A stretch of DNA of 64,000 nucleotides from Candidatus Lustribacter sp. (GTDB lineage Bacteria; Vulcanimicrobiota; Vulcanimicrobiia; Vulcanimicrobiales; Vulcanimicrobiaceae). Both the position numbers and the translations under genes were made by a program. Numbering within the stretch: position 1 is the first letter of the stretch; every line of letters starts with the position of its first letter. The notes beneath the pieces were generated by a model. That model had not been told where the DNA came from and did no database searches. It saw nothing but the letters and a program-made list of their open reading frames with translations. Location of the stretch: assembly GCA_965277805.1 (NCBI GenBank), contig OZ255842.1, forward strand, positions 3,264,001-3,328,000. The letters run 5' to 3'. Shown one piece after another: positions 46,033-57,300 of the stretch.

Positions 46033-46138
46033 CTACCGCTTCCTTACCCCCGTATACGAGCCGAGTTTGGAGTACCAGGAGCGCACAAGCTTTTCCCGCG
46101 ACGGAGATCATCCGCTCCAACGCGGCGAAACCGCGAAC

Positions 46139-47110
46139 ATGGAACAACGCAAACTCGGCACGCAAGGACTAACGGTTTCCGCCCTCGGGCTCGGCTGCAT
46201 GGGAATGACCTACGCATACGGCGCCGCGGACGAAGCCGAATCGATTCGCACCGTGCACCGCGCGATCGAACTCGGCGTAACCTTCTTCGACACCGCCGAA
46301 ATCTACGGTCCGTTCACCAACGAAGAACTCCTCGGGCGCGCAATTGCCGGCAAACGTGCGGGCCTCGTCATCGCAACGAAGTTCGGGTTCAAGTTCGACG
46401 GCCCGGTGCGTTCGCTCGACGGTTCGCCCGCTAACGTGAAGCGCGTGGCCGATGCGTCGCTCAAACGGCTCAACATCGACGTCATCGATCTCTACTACCA
46501 GCACCGCCGCGACCCGAACGTGCCGATCGAAGAAACGGTCGGCGCGATGAAAGAGCTGGTCGAGGCCGGCAAGATCCGCTACCTCGGTTTATCCGAAGTG
46601 GGACCGGAAACGCTGCGCCGCGCAAACGCCGTTCATCCGATCAGCGCGTTGCAAAGCGAATATTCGCTTTGGGAACGCGGCATCGAAGCGGCGATCCTCC
46701 CGACGATCCGGGAACTCGGCATCGGCCTCGTTCCGTACAGCCCGCTGGGTCGCGGCTACCTCACCGGTGCGCTGAAGGTCGCCGACTTGCAAGCCGATGA
46801 CTGGCGCCGCACGAACCCGCGTTTCAGCCCGGAACACGAAGCCCAGAACCTCCGATTGGTCGAGGTCGTGAAGCGGGTGGCCGGCCGCCGCAAAGCGACG
46901 CCCGCGCAAATCGCGCTGGCCTGGGTGCTCGCGCAAGGGAGCGACGTCGCGCCGATCCCGGGCACGAAACGCGTCCGCTACTTGGAAGACAACGTCGGGG
47001 CCGTGAACGTGCATCTCGAACCCGAAGACATGCGCGAACTCGACGCCCTCAAATCCGGCGTCGCGGGCGAGCGCTACGAATCATCGATGATGGCGCAGCT
47101 CGAACGCTAA
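46139..47110 (+). CDS. Aldo/keto reductase
   Basis: [46 protein letters not shown] and PIPGTKR motifs. Confidence 0.95.
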   Translation: MEQRKLGTQGLTVSALGLGCMGMTYAYGAADEAESIRTVHRAIELGVTFFDTAEIYGPFTNEELLGRAIAGKRAGLVIATKFGFKFDGPVRSLDGSPANVKRVADASLKRLNIDVIDLYYQHRRDPNVPIEETVGAMKELVEAGKIRYLGLSEVGPETLRRANAVHPISALQSEYSLWERGIEAAILPTIRELGIGLVPYSPLGRGYLTGALKVADLQADDWRRTNPRFSPEHEAQNLRLVEVVKRVAGRRKATPAQIALAWVLAQGSDVAPIPGTKRVRYLEDNVGAVNVHLEPEDMRELDALKSGVAGERYESSMMAQLER

Positions 47111-48076
47111 GACTCGACGCGTATCTCGGGCGCGAAGAGGTCGGCGGCGCGTAGCGGCTTTTTCAGCGCCCCATAATGGAGCAGCACGTCGAGGACGGGC
47201 TGCGCGTCCGCCGGCCGCACGCGTTCGCTATACGTCGCGCGCGTGTTGGACGGCGGAATCGGCACGCCGATGTATTTTTCGAGGATCTTCGCGCTCTGCG
47301 CGTGATTCTTGTTGGCCCAGGCGCCGGCTTTGAGAATCACGTCGCAGAAGCGCTGCACGATATCCGGATGCGCTTTGGCAAACGCCGCCGACGTAAAGAA
47401 CGCGCTGATGAGAAACTTGTCGCCGATCGCGTCATAGCACGGCGCCAAGAGCCGTGCATCGGGTCCGTGGATCGCGATGTCCAGGGCCGGTTCGCTCACT
47501 TCGGCCGCGTCGACGCGTCCCGCTTGCATCGCGGCGAGCGCCGCGCTTTCGGGCATCTCGAACCACTTGATCGTCTTCGAGTCGCCGCCGTTCCGGTCGA
47601 TCCACGTTTTCGCGCCGTAGTACCCCATGTTCGAGATGTCGAGCGTCGTCAGCGTTTTGCCGTTGAGATCCGACGCTTTCTTGTAGGGCGAGTCTTTGAG
47701 CACGAAGATCCCGGCGGTCGGCGCGGCGCTCGAATAGATGGCCGATGGGGCGATAATCACGAGCGGCAAGCCTTTTTCGTGCGCGAGCGCAAGACCGGGG
47801 ATCGTCATGCCGCCGATGACGACGTCACCGGCGAGCACAGCCCCGGCGATCGTTGCGGTTGCGTTGAGCGCTTCGGGATGAAGCGTCCAGCCCCGCATCG
47901 GCGTACATGCCGAGATCTTGCGCGTAGTAGATTTCCGCGCCCGAATCGTTGCGCGCGCCGACGATTCGCAGCGGGATAGTCGGAGCTTGCGCTCGGGCGC
48001 GCGCGGGGAAAAACGCGCAGCCGGCCGCGGCCGCCGCGGCCGAACCTCCGAGGCGCAACGCCGTCGAACGATTCAT
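47107..48076 (-). pseudogene. SsuA/THI5-like substrate-binding protein interrupted by a +1 frameshift
   Basis: The N-terminal ORF (48076-47825: leader plus YAQDLGMYADAGLD) and the C-terminal ORF (47898-47107) join as AGLDVHPEALN if one base at about 47883 is removed. Confidence 0.75.
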
Positions 48077-48113
48077 GCCGCGACGCTTCCGCGCGCGAAG
48101 ACGGTGGCCTGCG

Positions 48114-48611
48114 TTAGACGAAGCTGGGCCGTTTGCCGGATTTGTTACCGCAGAACGTCATGTGCACGCTATGCGGAACGTACCACGCGTGGATATCGTA
48201 ATGCGGCATCGACATGCCGGGGTGGCCGTTGGGTTCGTACCAGATGTCGATGTGGTTGATCGTGTACCCCGGGAGCGCTTTGATGCCGTCGAGATCGATG
48301 CCCTTGGCGAACTGCGCCTTCGAGATCATCACTTCGGTGAAGACCGGCTTGCCGTTGTACCAGCCGTAAATCGGACCGAGCGGCCAATCTTTCGCCTTCG
48401 AATAGTGGTAGCCCATCGACGGGATGCAGCCCGCCACGGGAACGACGTCCTTCGGGAGGCCGGCCGGGTGCTTGGGCCCCGGCTGCATCATCATTTTCAT
48501 GATGGTCGGCGTCATGCCCGGCGGTAACTTCATCGGCATGTTCTGCGCGAACGCCGGCGCCGCCAACGCAGCGAGTGCAACAGCCGATAGGAGCATTCGT
48601 CTAAGAAGCAT
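48114..48611 (-). CDS. Secreted Met/His-rich hypothetical protein (DUF5602/TTHB210-like)
   Basis: Signal peptide, Met-rich N-terminus, CIPSMGYHY and HIDIWYEPNGHPG..PHYDIH motifs. Confidence 0.7.
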   Translation of the reverse strand: MLLRRMLLSAVALAALAAPAFAQNMPMKLPPGMTPTIMKMMMQPGPKHPAGLPKDVVPVAGCIPSMGYHYSKAKDWPLGPIYGWYNGKPVFTEVMISKAQFAKGIDLDGIKALPGYTINHIDIWYEPNGHPGMSMPHYDIHAWYVPHSVHMTFCGNKSGKRPSFV

Positions 48612-48698
48612 GTCGGGTGTTCCTCAATCGGGTTATAGAGTAAGGGTGGCGATCTTCGACGCCGAGGCACTCGTTCCGGCACGCTCGAAGGGCCGCCG

Positions 48699-49091
48699 GT
48701 GACTTCACGCCCGATCGAGATTGCCGTCGCGCTCGTCAGCCGCGCCGACGGGCGCACGCTGCTGGTGCGCAAACGCGGCACCTCGACGTTCATTCAGCCC
48801 GGCGGCAAGATCGAACCGCGCGAAGAACCCGCGGCCGCCGTGTGCCGCGAGGTGCGCGAGGAACTCGGCCTGCATATCGCTCCGGCCGATCTCACCTATC
48901 TCGGCCGGTTTGAAGACGTTGCCGTGAACGAGCCCGGCACCGTCGTGGCCGAGGCGTTCTCCATCGTCGTCGATGCGCACGTCACGGCCGCCGCAGAAAT
49001 CGAGGAGCTCGCATGGATCGACCCGGCATCTCCCGGCAATCTGACGATCGCACCGCTCACCCGCGATCAGCTCTTGCCGCTGCTCGTCTGA
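48699..49091 (+). CDS. NUDIX hydrolase
   Basis: PGGKIEPREEPAAAVCREVREELG Nudix box. Confidence 0.9.
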   Translation: MTSRPIEIAVALVSRADGRTLLVRKRGTSTFIQPGGKIEPREEPAAAVCREVREELGLHIAPADLTYLGRFEDVAVNEPGTVVAEAFSIVVDAHVTAAAEIEELAWIDPASPGNLTIAPLTRDQLLPLLV

Positions 49092-50044
49092 TGATCGATC
49101 GCCGCACCGCGCTCGCGGGACTCGGTGCGCTCGCGCTCGCGCCCGCGCAGGTCGCCGCGCAGACCGCACCGGTAGCCATTCACGCCGGACATCCGCCGAC
49201 CGAAACGGCGGCGCCGGCCCTCTACGCGATTCGCTCGGGCCTCTTCGAGCGGGCCGGTATCGCGCTGACGATCGACAAGATGTCGAGCGGCGCGGCGGTT
49301 GCCGCCGCAGTGGCCGGCGGCGGACTCGACCTCGGCGGCACGAGCATCCTCGCGATCATCATCGGTCACACGCACGGCATTCCGTTCACGCTGATCTCGG
49401 CCGCCAACGTGATGATGTATCCCGAAGCCGACGGCGGATTGCTCGTGCAAGCGAACTCGCCGCTCGCGGGCCCGAAAGACTTCATCGGCAAGACGATCTC
49501 CGCCGCCGCACTGAACGATATCGTCAGCCTCGAGATCTGGACGTGGATGGATCGCGGCGGCGTCGACCCGCACGCGGTAAAGATCGTCGAGATCCCGCAA
49601 CCGGCGGCCCTGGCCGCGCTCGACGCGGGCCGCGTCGACGGCATCGTGCTGACCGGCAGCGCGTACGCCGAAGCGATCGCGAATCCCAAGGTCCGGCTGC
49701 TCTCGCGCGTGGCATCCAATCTCGCGCCGCGCTTCGCGAACACGTGCTGGTTTTCGACCCGCGATTGGGTGACGAAGAACCACGCCGTCGCCGCGCGTTT
49801 CGCGCGCGTCATGAGCGATGCGTCGGCGTACGTGAACGCGCACCCCGACGACACGCTCAAGGACGTGCTCGACTACACCGGCATGGACCGCGCGGCCGCG
49901 CTCAAGATGAAACGCGCCGTCTTCGCGACGGCGCTCAGCCCGGTCGACGTTCAGCCGGTCATCGCGGCCGCGGCGAAATTCAAGATGATCGACAAAGAGT
50001 ATCCGGCCGCCGAGCTCTTCAGCGACGTCGTGCCGCGAGCTTAA
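49091..50044 (+). CDS. ABC transporter substrate-binding protein, SsuA/THI5-like
   Basis: IDRRTAL Tat leader; GLFERAGI and DFIGKTIS motifs; TGATG coupling to the NUDIX gene. Confidence 0.87.
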   Translation: MIDRRTALAGLGALALAPAQVAAQTAPVAIHAGHPPTETAAPALYAIRSGLFERAGIALTIDKMSSGAAVAAAVAGGGLDLGGTSILAIIIGHTHGIPFTLISAANVMMYPEADGGLLVQANSPLAGPKDFIGKTISAAALNDIVSLEIWTWMDRGGVDPHAVKIVEIPQPAALAALDAGRVDGIVLTGSAYAEAIANPKVRLLSRVASNLAPRFANTCWFSTRDWVTKNHAVAARFARVMSDASAYVNAHPDDTLKDVLDYTGMDRAAALKMKRAVFATALSPVDVQPVIAAAAKFKMIDKEYPAAELFSDVVPRA

Positions 50045-50913
50045 ACGAAGCGGTAGAGCGCGTTCGGATTGTCGACCAGCATCTTCTGCTGGTTTGCCGC
50101 TTCGGGGACCCAGAGCGGGATCAAATCGACGAGATCGCCGTCGTCGGGCATGATGCCGTGATAGTGGATCGGATGCGGCCAGTTGCTGCCCCAGATGATG
50201 CGGTCGGGCCGCGCGGCGACGACGGTATGGATCAGCGGCAGCAGGTCGCGATGCGGATACGGCTCTTGAGAAAGCCGGTACAAGCTCGCGAGCTTCACGT
50301 AGCAGCGATCGGTATCGAGCAATTGCAGCAGCGCGCGGAATTCGGCCGAATGCGTGCCCTCGGCGACCGGCACGCGCGCCAAGTGATCGAGGATGAAGAC
50401 GTTTTGCACTCGCTCGAGCACCGGCACGACGTCGATGAGTTCACGCGACTCACGGAAGTGCAGCAAGATGTGCCAGCCGAAATCCCGCACCTCGGCGGCG
50501 AGCTGATCCAGCCGCTCGAACGTGATCCCGGCGCCGGACATCGTCGATAGCCGAACGCCGCGAATGCCGCCCGCATCGAGCATCGCGAGCTGATCTTCGC
50601 GCAAGCCCGGCGCGATGACCGCCACGCCGCGGTAGTTGTCGGGATTGCGCGCGATCGCATCGAGGATCGCGCGGTTGTCCGTTCCATGCGCGCCGCCTTG
50701 CACGAGCGCGGCGCGCGTGAACCCGATCGTCGCGAGCATCGCGGCGTAGTCGTCAGCGGTGCAGTCCTCAGGCGTATACGTGCGGGCTTCCGCATACGGG
50801 AAGCGATCGGGGGGGCCGAAGATATGCGCGTGCGTATCGGTCGCGCCCGGCGGCGCCTTGTATGACGGCTTCTTCGTCGCGCGAACGGGGCCGGGGCAAA
50901 CCGGGATCGTCAT
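50041..50913 (-). CDS. Amidohydrolase_2 family lactonase (2-pyrone-4,6-dicarboxylate lactonase LigI-like)
   Basis: DTHAHIFGP..FPY..RTYTP, VQGGAHGTDN, GIRGVR, LDHLAR, YVKL and WGSNWPHP motifs. Confidence 0.82.
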   Translation of the reverse strand: MTIPVCPGPVRATKKPSYKAPPGATDTHAHIFGPPDRFPYAEARTYTPEDCTADDYAAMLATIGFTRAALVQGGAHGTDNRAILDAIARNPDNYRGVAVIAPGLREDQLAMLDAGGIRGVRLSTMSGAGITFERLDQLAAEVRDFGWHILLHFRESRELIDVVPVLERVQNVFILDHLARVPVAEGTHSAEFRALLQLLDTDRCYVKLASLYRLSQEPYPHRDLLPLIHTVVAARPDRIIWGSNWPHPIHYHGIMPDDGDLVDLIPLWVPEAANQQKMLVDNPNALYRFV

Positions 50914-51827
50914 CGCGCCGTAGCGTAACGCGAGGAGACGTCGTCGTAGTAGGCGGCGGCGCCGGGATGCAGCGGCGCGCCCGCGTGCGGAGCGTGACGC
51001 GTGCTGTAAAAGATGTCCTCGCTGACCGCGTGGCTCGCGCTCGAAACGTCGAGCGCCTTGGCGAGACGCTGCACGACGTCATCGGCGAGACCCTCACGCA
51101 CGAGGATCGAGTAGCCCGGATTGGCGAGCGTCGTGACCGTCTTCTCTTGGCCGCGGAACGAACGCGGCGGAACCTCGACGATGTCGAGACAGTACTCTTG
51201 CGCAACGGCTTCGGCCACGTCGCGATCGAGCGAGAGAAACGCGAGATCGTAGATCGCCGAGGCCTGGCCCACGGCCTGGAAGCGCGTGTTCTCGCGCATC
51301 AGCGCGTTCGCGCGGCCGTCCATCCACTGCGCCGTCGACTCGCGCATGACGTTATACATCGTGCCGCCCCACGCCGCGATGTCGCGATCGACATCGACAC
51401 CGTAGTGTTTCAGATACGCGCGCGAGATCTGCCCGGCGATGAAGCCCGGAGTTGCGATGCAGAGGCCCAGTTTCGGCTTCAAGCGCGCGAGATCGGCGAA
51501 TTCTCGCACGCCGGTGTCGGCCTTGACGATGTTGTGGAAGTAATGGCCCGAATGGATCATGCCCGCGAGGCCGCGCACGCCGCGCAGGTTCTCGCCGCGA
51601 AACACGCCGCTCGACCGATCGGCCATCGCGGCCGCCGATGTGAGGCTGACCGTCACGTCGGTTTCACCCGAGGCGAGCCAGCGGCAGGTGTCGATTCCGT
51701 CGCGGCCCTTGCGTTCGAGTTCCGTTTCGAAACCGGCGGCGCGGAAGGCCGCATCGGCCCAGCGCATGATCGTCGCCCAGTTTTCGCCCATGCCCTCGAT
51801 CGAACGCAGCCGGATCTTCTCAGTCAC
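50910..51827 (-). CDS. TAXI-family/PBP2-fold protein lacking a signal peptide
   Basis: VKADTGVREFADL, WGG, FRGQEKTVTTL and APLHPGAAAYY (TAXI C-terminal signature); AGGAG RBS; no hydrophobic leader. Confidence 0.72.
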   Translation of the reverse strand: MTEKIRLRSIEGMGENWATIMRWADAAFRAAGFETELERKGRDGIDTCRWLASGETDVTVSLTSAAAMADRSSGVFRGENLRGVRGLAGMIHSGHYFHNIVKADTGVREFADLARLKPKLGLCIATPGFIAGQISRAYLKHYGVDVDRDIAAWGGTMYNVMRESTAQWMDGRANALMRENTRFQAVGQASAIYDLAFLSLDRDVAEAVAQEYCLDIVEVPPRSFRGQEKTVTTLANPGYSILVREGLADDVVQRLAKALDVSSASHAVSEDIFYSTRHAPHAGAPLHPGAAAYYDDVSSRYATAR

Positions 51828-51836
51828 TCGGGTCTC

Positions 51837-52766
51837 CTACAATATCATGGCGCGAACGTCGAAGTTCTTCGCGATCCAGCCGTATTTGACGGCCGCATCG
51901 ATCACCGGCTGCAGCGTCGCCGGATCTAATGACGGCGCGGCAAAGACGGGCGTCATCGTGCGCAGCGTGTCCGGCGACAGCTTCGAAAACCCGGAGATCA
52001 TCGGGATGAGGTCGGCGTAGTGCGCGTTGACATACGGATAGATGCTGGTGAGCACCTCGCCGAAACGCTGCGCCGTCGCGCGGTGGTCCTTCGACCACGT
52101 ATCGACGGTGAACCACGCGGCCGGCATCCAGCGCGCGGCGATCGCGTCGAACGGCGTGCCGAGCACCTTCGCGCCCTGCGCCATCATCGACCCTGTGAAC
52201 GGCTCGAAGATGAACGCCGCATCGAGGTGCTTTGACTCGAGGCCCGGCATCATCGAACGCGGCGGCACTTCCACGAATTGCACTTTGTTGCGGTCGACGC
52301 CGTTCTTGTCGAGCCACGCATAGATAGCAAGGCCGAGCAGATCGTGCAGCTGGTTCAAGCCGACGATCTTGCCGGCAAGATCCGCCGGCACGTGCACGTC
52401 CGAGTTCGCCCCCACCAAGAGACGCGCCGTCGGCGTCGTCGAGCGATAGAGCGTGCCGGGCGCGACCAAGCGAATCGGTATGCCGCGGCTGAACGCTTCC
52501 GCCAGCGTGAAGACGTTCGCGTATGAAACGTTGACCGAACCGCCGATCGCCGCCGCGATCCCGGTGCCGCCCGGTCCGACCGTTTCGACGCTGAGATCGA
52601 GACCGGCATTCTTGAATGCGCCCGACTCGATGCCGCGATAGAATGCCGCCATGTCGGGCGAAACGCCCGGCCCGACGACAATTTTGCCCAGCGGCGCATC
52701 GGCCCCGAGCACGGCAAAGGCACCCGCGAACGCGCCGAATGCGCGCAGCGACTGCGCGCGGTTCAT
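51837..52766 (-). CDS. ABC transporter substrate-binding protein, SsuA/THI5-like
   Basis: Leader; GAFKNAGLDL, DLAGKIVG and QPVIDAAVKYG motifs. Confidence 0.85.
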   Translation of the reverse strand: MNRAQSLRAFGAFAGAFAVLGADAPLGKIVVGPGVSPDMAAFYRGIESGAFKNAGLDLSVETVGPGGTGIAAAIGGSVNVSYANVFTLAEAFSRGIPIRLVAPGTLYRSTTPTARLLVGANSDVHVPADLAGKIVGLNQLHDLLGLAIYAWLDKNGVDRNKVQFVEVPPRSMMPGLESKHLDAAFIFEPFTGSMMAQGAKVLGTPFDAIAARWMPAAWFTVDTWSKDHRATAQRFGEVLTSIYPYVNAHYADLIPMISGFSKLSPDTLRTMTPVFAAPSLDPATLQPVIDAAVKYGWIAKNFDVRAMIL

Positions 52767-52867
52767 CAAAACCGGCAACGCAAATTCTTCCCTTCTCTCG
52801 TCAAACGCAACATTTCTTCCAGATCAGCACGAGGCACCCTCCGCATGCCGTCAAAGCTACGCACCAC

Positions 52868-54223
52868 GTGGATGCCACGGACGACATCGCAGCTTTTGGT
52901 TACAAGCAGGAGCTGAAGCGCTCGCTCGGCCTCGTCGACCTGCTCACGTACGGTCTCGTCTTCATCGTGCCCATCGCGCCGGTCGCGGTATTCGGCATCG
53001 TGTTCAATGCCAGTCACGGCATGGTTCCGCTCGTCTACGTCATCGGGCTCGTTGCGATGCTCTTCATCGCGCTGAGCTACATGACGATGTCGGCCGCGTT
53101 TCCGGTGGCGGGATCGGTGTACTCCTACACGTCGTTGAGCCTCGGCCCCGCCGCCGGCTTCTTCGCGGGCTGGGCGATTCTGCTCGATTACGTGCTGCTT
53201 CCGACGCTTTCGTACGTGGTCGCGGCGATCGCAATTCAATCGGTGTTCCCGAACGTCTCGGGCCCGCTGTGCATCATCGTCATGATCGTCATCGCGACGG
53301 TCATCAACTATCTTGGTATCGAAGCCACCGCGCGCACGAGCTTCGTGCTGCTCGCGTTCCAGATCTTAATCTTGCTGATCTTCTGCGTGATTGCGTTCGC
53401 AGCGGTCGCACACCACGCCGGCGGGGCGCACTTCTCGCTCGCACCCTTCTACAATCCGGCCGAAGTGACGCCGGCGCTGATCTTCGGCGCGCTCTCGCTC
53501 GCCGTGCTCAGCTTTCTGGGCTTCGATGCGATCTCGACGCTGTCCGAAGAATGCCGCGAGGGACCGCGCATGGTCGGCCGCGCCACCATCCTCGCGCTTT
53601 GCGCCTCGGCCGCGCTGTTCATCGCACAAACGTGGCTCGCGTCGCTCTTCGACTTGGGCCGAACGAGTCTGCCGCCGGGCGCCGCAACCGACGGCGCATT
53701 TTACGACGCGAGCGCGCTGGCCGGCGGCCCGGTGCTCAAGTTTCTGCTCGCCGTGCCGGGCATCTTCATCTCGTCGCTCGCCGGCGCGGTCACGGCGCAA
53801 GCCGCCACCGCGCGCATCCTCTTCGGCATGGCGCGCGACGGCGCGTTACCACGGGCACTCGCCTACATCGACCCCCAACGCAAAGTACCGACGCGGACGG
53901 TCTTGCTGGTCGCGGCGGTCACGCTCGTGACCGGCACGACGCTCGCCGGCCGCCTGGAACTGCTCACCTCGATGGTGAGTTTCGGTGCGCTGCTGGCGTT
54001 TCTGCTGCTCCAGGTGTCGGTCGTGGCGCACTTCATCGTGCGCGAGCGCAGCCGCAACTGGCTCCGCTACCTCGTCTCCCCGGCCGTCGGCTTCGCCATC
54101 ATTGCCTACGTGCTGGTCAATGCCGAAAATAATGCCAAGCTGGCCGCGGTGGCCTGGATGGTGGCCGGGCTCGCTATCTTCGCGGCCTTGCGGTTTGCCG
54201 GCCGGACGGTGCTTCCGCCCTGA
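52868..54223 (+). CDS. APC-family amino acid/polyamine permease
   Basis: FGYKQELKRSL, AGSVYSY, GWAILLDY, SFLGFDAISTLSEE and ARILFGMARDG motifs. Confidence 0.92.
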   Translation: MDATDDIAAFGYKQELKRSLGLVDLLTYGLVFIVPIAPVAVFGIVFNASHGMVPLVYVIGLVAMLFIALSYMTMSAAFPVAGSVYSYTSLSLGPAAGFFAGWAILLDYVLLPTLSYVVAAIAIQSVFPNVSGPLCIIVMIVIATVINYLGIEATARTSFVLLAFQILILLIFCVIAFAAVAHHAGGAHFSLAPFYNPAEVTPALIFGALSLAVLSFLGFDAISTLSEECREGPRMVGRATILALCASAALFIAQTWLASLFDLGRTSLPPGAATDGAFYDASALAGGPVLKFLLAVPGIFISSLAGAVTAQAATARILFGMARDGALPRALAYIDPQRKVPTRTVLLVAAVTLVTGTTLAGRLELLTSMVSFGALLAFLLLQVSVVAHFIVRERSRNWLRYLVSPAVGFAIIAYVLVNAENNAKLAAVAWMVAGLAIFAALRFAGRTVLPP

Positions 54224-54320
54224 TCGAACGCCCGTTCGCTCGCCGCGCGGGACGCCGTGCGGCTCAAACTCGTCCCATTGTACGGTAGGCCCCAGCCATA
54301 TAAACGCGAGTGTAGAGAGC

Positions 54321-57300
54321 ATGAGTATTCGGGTGGCGCTCCACCACATGACACGCTACACCTACGACCGCCGGGTCAACCTCGGCCCGCAGGTGATCCG
54401 CCTGCGGCCCGCACCGCACTGCCGCACGCCGATCACGGCCTACCGCCTCGACGTGCAGCCGGCGAATCATTTTCTCAACTGGCAGCAAGATCCGCAAGCG
54501 AACTGGCTTGCGCGCGTGCTCGTGCCCGATCCGACAACGGAGCTCTCGGTCACCGTCGACTTGGTCGCCGATCTCGCGGTCATCAACCCGTTCGACTTCT
54601 TTCTCGAAGCGTCGGCCGAGCAGTATCCGTTCGCCTACGATCCGCAACTCGCGCTCGAACTCGCGCCGTATCTCGTCGCGGAACCGCTCGGCCAACGTTT
54701 CGAGAACTACCTCGCGGCGATCGATCGCACGCCGAAGCCGACCACCGCGTTCGTTTTTGGCTTGAACGCCGGATTGCAGCACGACGTGCGATACGTCATT
54801 CGCATGGAACCGGGCGTGCAAACGCCCGATGAAACGCTCGAACTCGGCTCGGGTTCGTGCCGCGACTCCGCCTGGCTGCTCGTCAACTTGCTGCGCCGCC
54901 TCGGGCTCGCGGCGCGTTTTGCATCGGGCTATCTCATCCAGCTGAAAGCCGACGTGCAGGCCCTCGACGGTCCCTCGGGTGCGACGCAAGACTTTACCGA
55001 TCTGCACGCGTGGTGCGAAGTGTATTTGCCGGGCGCCGGATGGGTCGGACTCGATCCGACGTCGGGGCTCTTTGCGGGCGAAGGACACATCCCGCTCGCG
55101 TGCGCGGCGAACCCGTTGTCGGCATCCCCGATCTCCGGCACGGTCGATCCGTGCGAGGTGACGTTCGGCTTCGAGATGTCGGTCACGCGCGTGTACGAAC
55201 CGCCGCGCGTCACCAAACCATACAGCGAAGCGCAGTGGCGCGCGATCGATGCGCTCGGCGAACACGTCGACCAGGCGCTCGAAGCCGGCGACGTGCGCCT
55301 TACGATGGGCGGTGAACCCACGTTCGTTTCCGTCGACGACATGGATGCCGAGGAATGGACGACCGGCGCCGTCGGGCCGACCAAGCGCGACTTCGCCGAT
55401 ACGCTCGTGCGTCGATTGCGCGATCGCTTCGCGCCGGGCGCGGCGCTGCACTACGGTCAGGGCAAGTGGTATCCCGGCGAACCGTTGCCGCGCTGGGCGT
55501 TCGCACTCTACTGGCGCGGCGACGGCAAACCGATGTGGCACGATGCCGATCTCATCGCCCGCGAACGCGCGTCGGCCCAGCCGACGGAAGCCGATGCGGC
55601 CGCACTCGCGCGCGGCGTCGCCGAGCGCATCAACGTCGATCCGGCCTTCGTCGCGCCGGTCTACGAAGATGCGCGCACGCTCGTCGTCAAGGAAGCCGAC
55701 CTGCCGGAAAACGTGACCGCCTTCGATTCCAAGCTGGAAGATCCCGAAGAGCGCGCGCGGTTGGCGCGATCGTTCACGCGCGGCTTGAACGTCCCGGCGG
55801 CGTATGTGCTGCCGGTGCAGCGCTGGAATGCGATTCACGCGGGACGCTGGCGCTCCGAGCACTGGACGACACGGCTCGGCCGTCTGCATCTCGTGCCGGG
55901 CGACTCGCCGGCCGGACTGCGGCTGCCGCTCGCATCGCTGCCGCATCTCGAAGAAAACGATCGTCCGACGGTTGTTCCGCGCGATCCGTTCGCTTCGCTC
56001 GCGCCGCTGCCGGATACGACCGCAGCCGACGATCCGTACGCACCGCCGCAGCAATTCGTCTCGGCCGGCGCGGCCGATCCGCGGCGGATGCAGCAATTCG
56101 TCGAGCAGGGCATCGCGATCGACGGCTCCGTGCGCACCGCGATCTCGATCGAACCGCGCGACGGCCGGTTGTGCGTCTTCATGCCGCCGACGGAATCCGC
56201 GGCGGACTATCTCGAACTGTTGGGCGCGGTCGAGCAGAGCGCCGCCGAACTCGGGCAGCCCGTACACATCGAGGGCTATGCGCCGCCGTACGATCCGCGC
56301 ATCAACGTCATCAAGGTGACGCCGGATCCGGGCGTGATCGAAGTCAACATCCATCCCGCGCGCAGTTGGCGCGACGCCGTCGCGATCACGACCACGATCT
56401 ATGAAGAAGCCCATCAAGCACGTCTGACGACCGAGAAGTTCCAGCTCGACGGCAAACATACCGGCACCGGCGGCGGCAATCACATCGTCGTCGGCGCGGC
56501 AACGCCCGTCGACAGCCCGTTTCTGCGCCGCCCCGATTTGCTCAAGAGCATCGTCGGGTTCTGGCAGAATCACCCCTCGCTTTCGTACATGTTTTCAGGG
56601 CTCTTCATCGGGCCCACGAGTCAGGCGCCGCGCGTCGATGAAGCGCGGCTGGACTCGCTCTACGAACTCGAGATCGCGTTCTCCGAGGTGCCGCCGCGTT
56701 CGAGCGCGCGCGTCTCGCCGTGGCTCGTCGATCGCATCTTTCGCAATCTCCTGATCGACGTTACCGGCAGCACGCACCGCACCGAGATCTGTATCGACAA
56801 GCTCTACTCACCCGACGGTCCGGCCGGACGCCTCGGGCTGGTAGAATTCCGCTCGTTCGAAATGCCGCCGCACGCCGAGATGAGCCTCGCGCAGCAACTC
56901 CTGATCCGCGCCTTGATGGCGCGCTTCTGGGACGAACCCTACGACGCCGGTCTCGTGCGCTGGGGCACCGCCCTGCACGATCGCTTCATGCTGCCGCAGT
57001 TCGTGTGGACCGATTTCCTCGACGTGCTGCGCGATCTCAAAGCGCACGGCTTCACCTTCGACCCGGCGTGGTTCCAACCGCATTGGGAGTTTCGCTTCCC
57101 CCGCTATGGAAGCGTCCAATACGACGGCGTGAAGCTGGAATTGCGCGGCGCGCTCGAACCCTGGAACGTAATGGGCGAAGAAGGTACCGCCGGCGGAACC
57201 GTACGCTATGTGGACGGCTCGGTCGAGCGTCTTGAAGTAACGATTTCCGGGTTCACGGCCGGCCGGCACCACGTGATCGTCAACGGCCGGCGCGTGCCGC

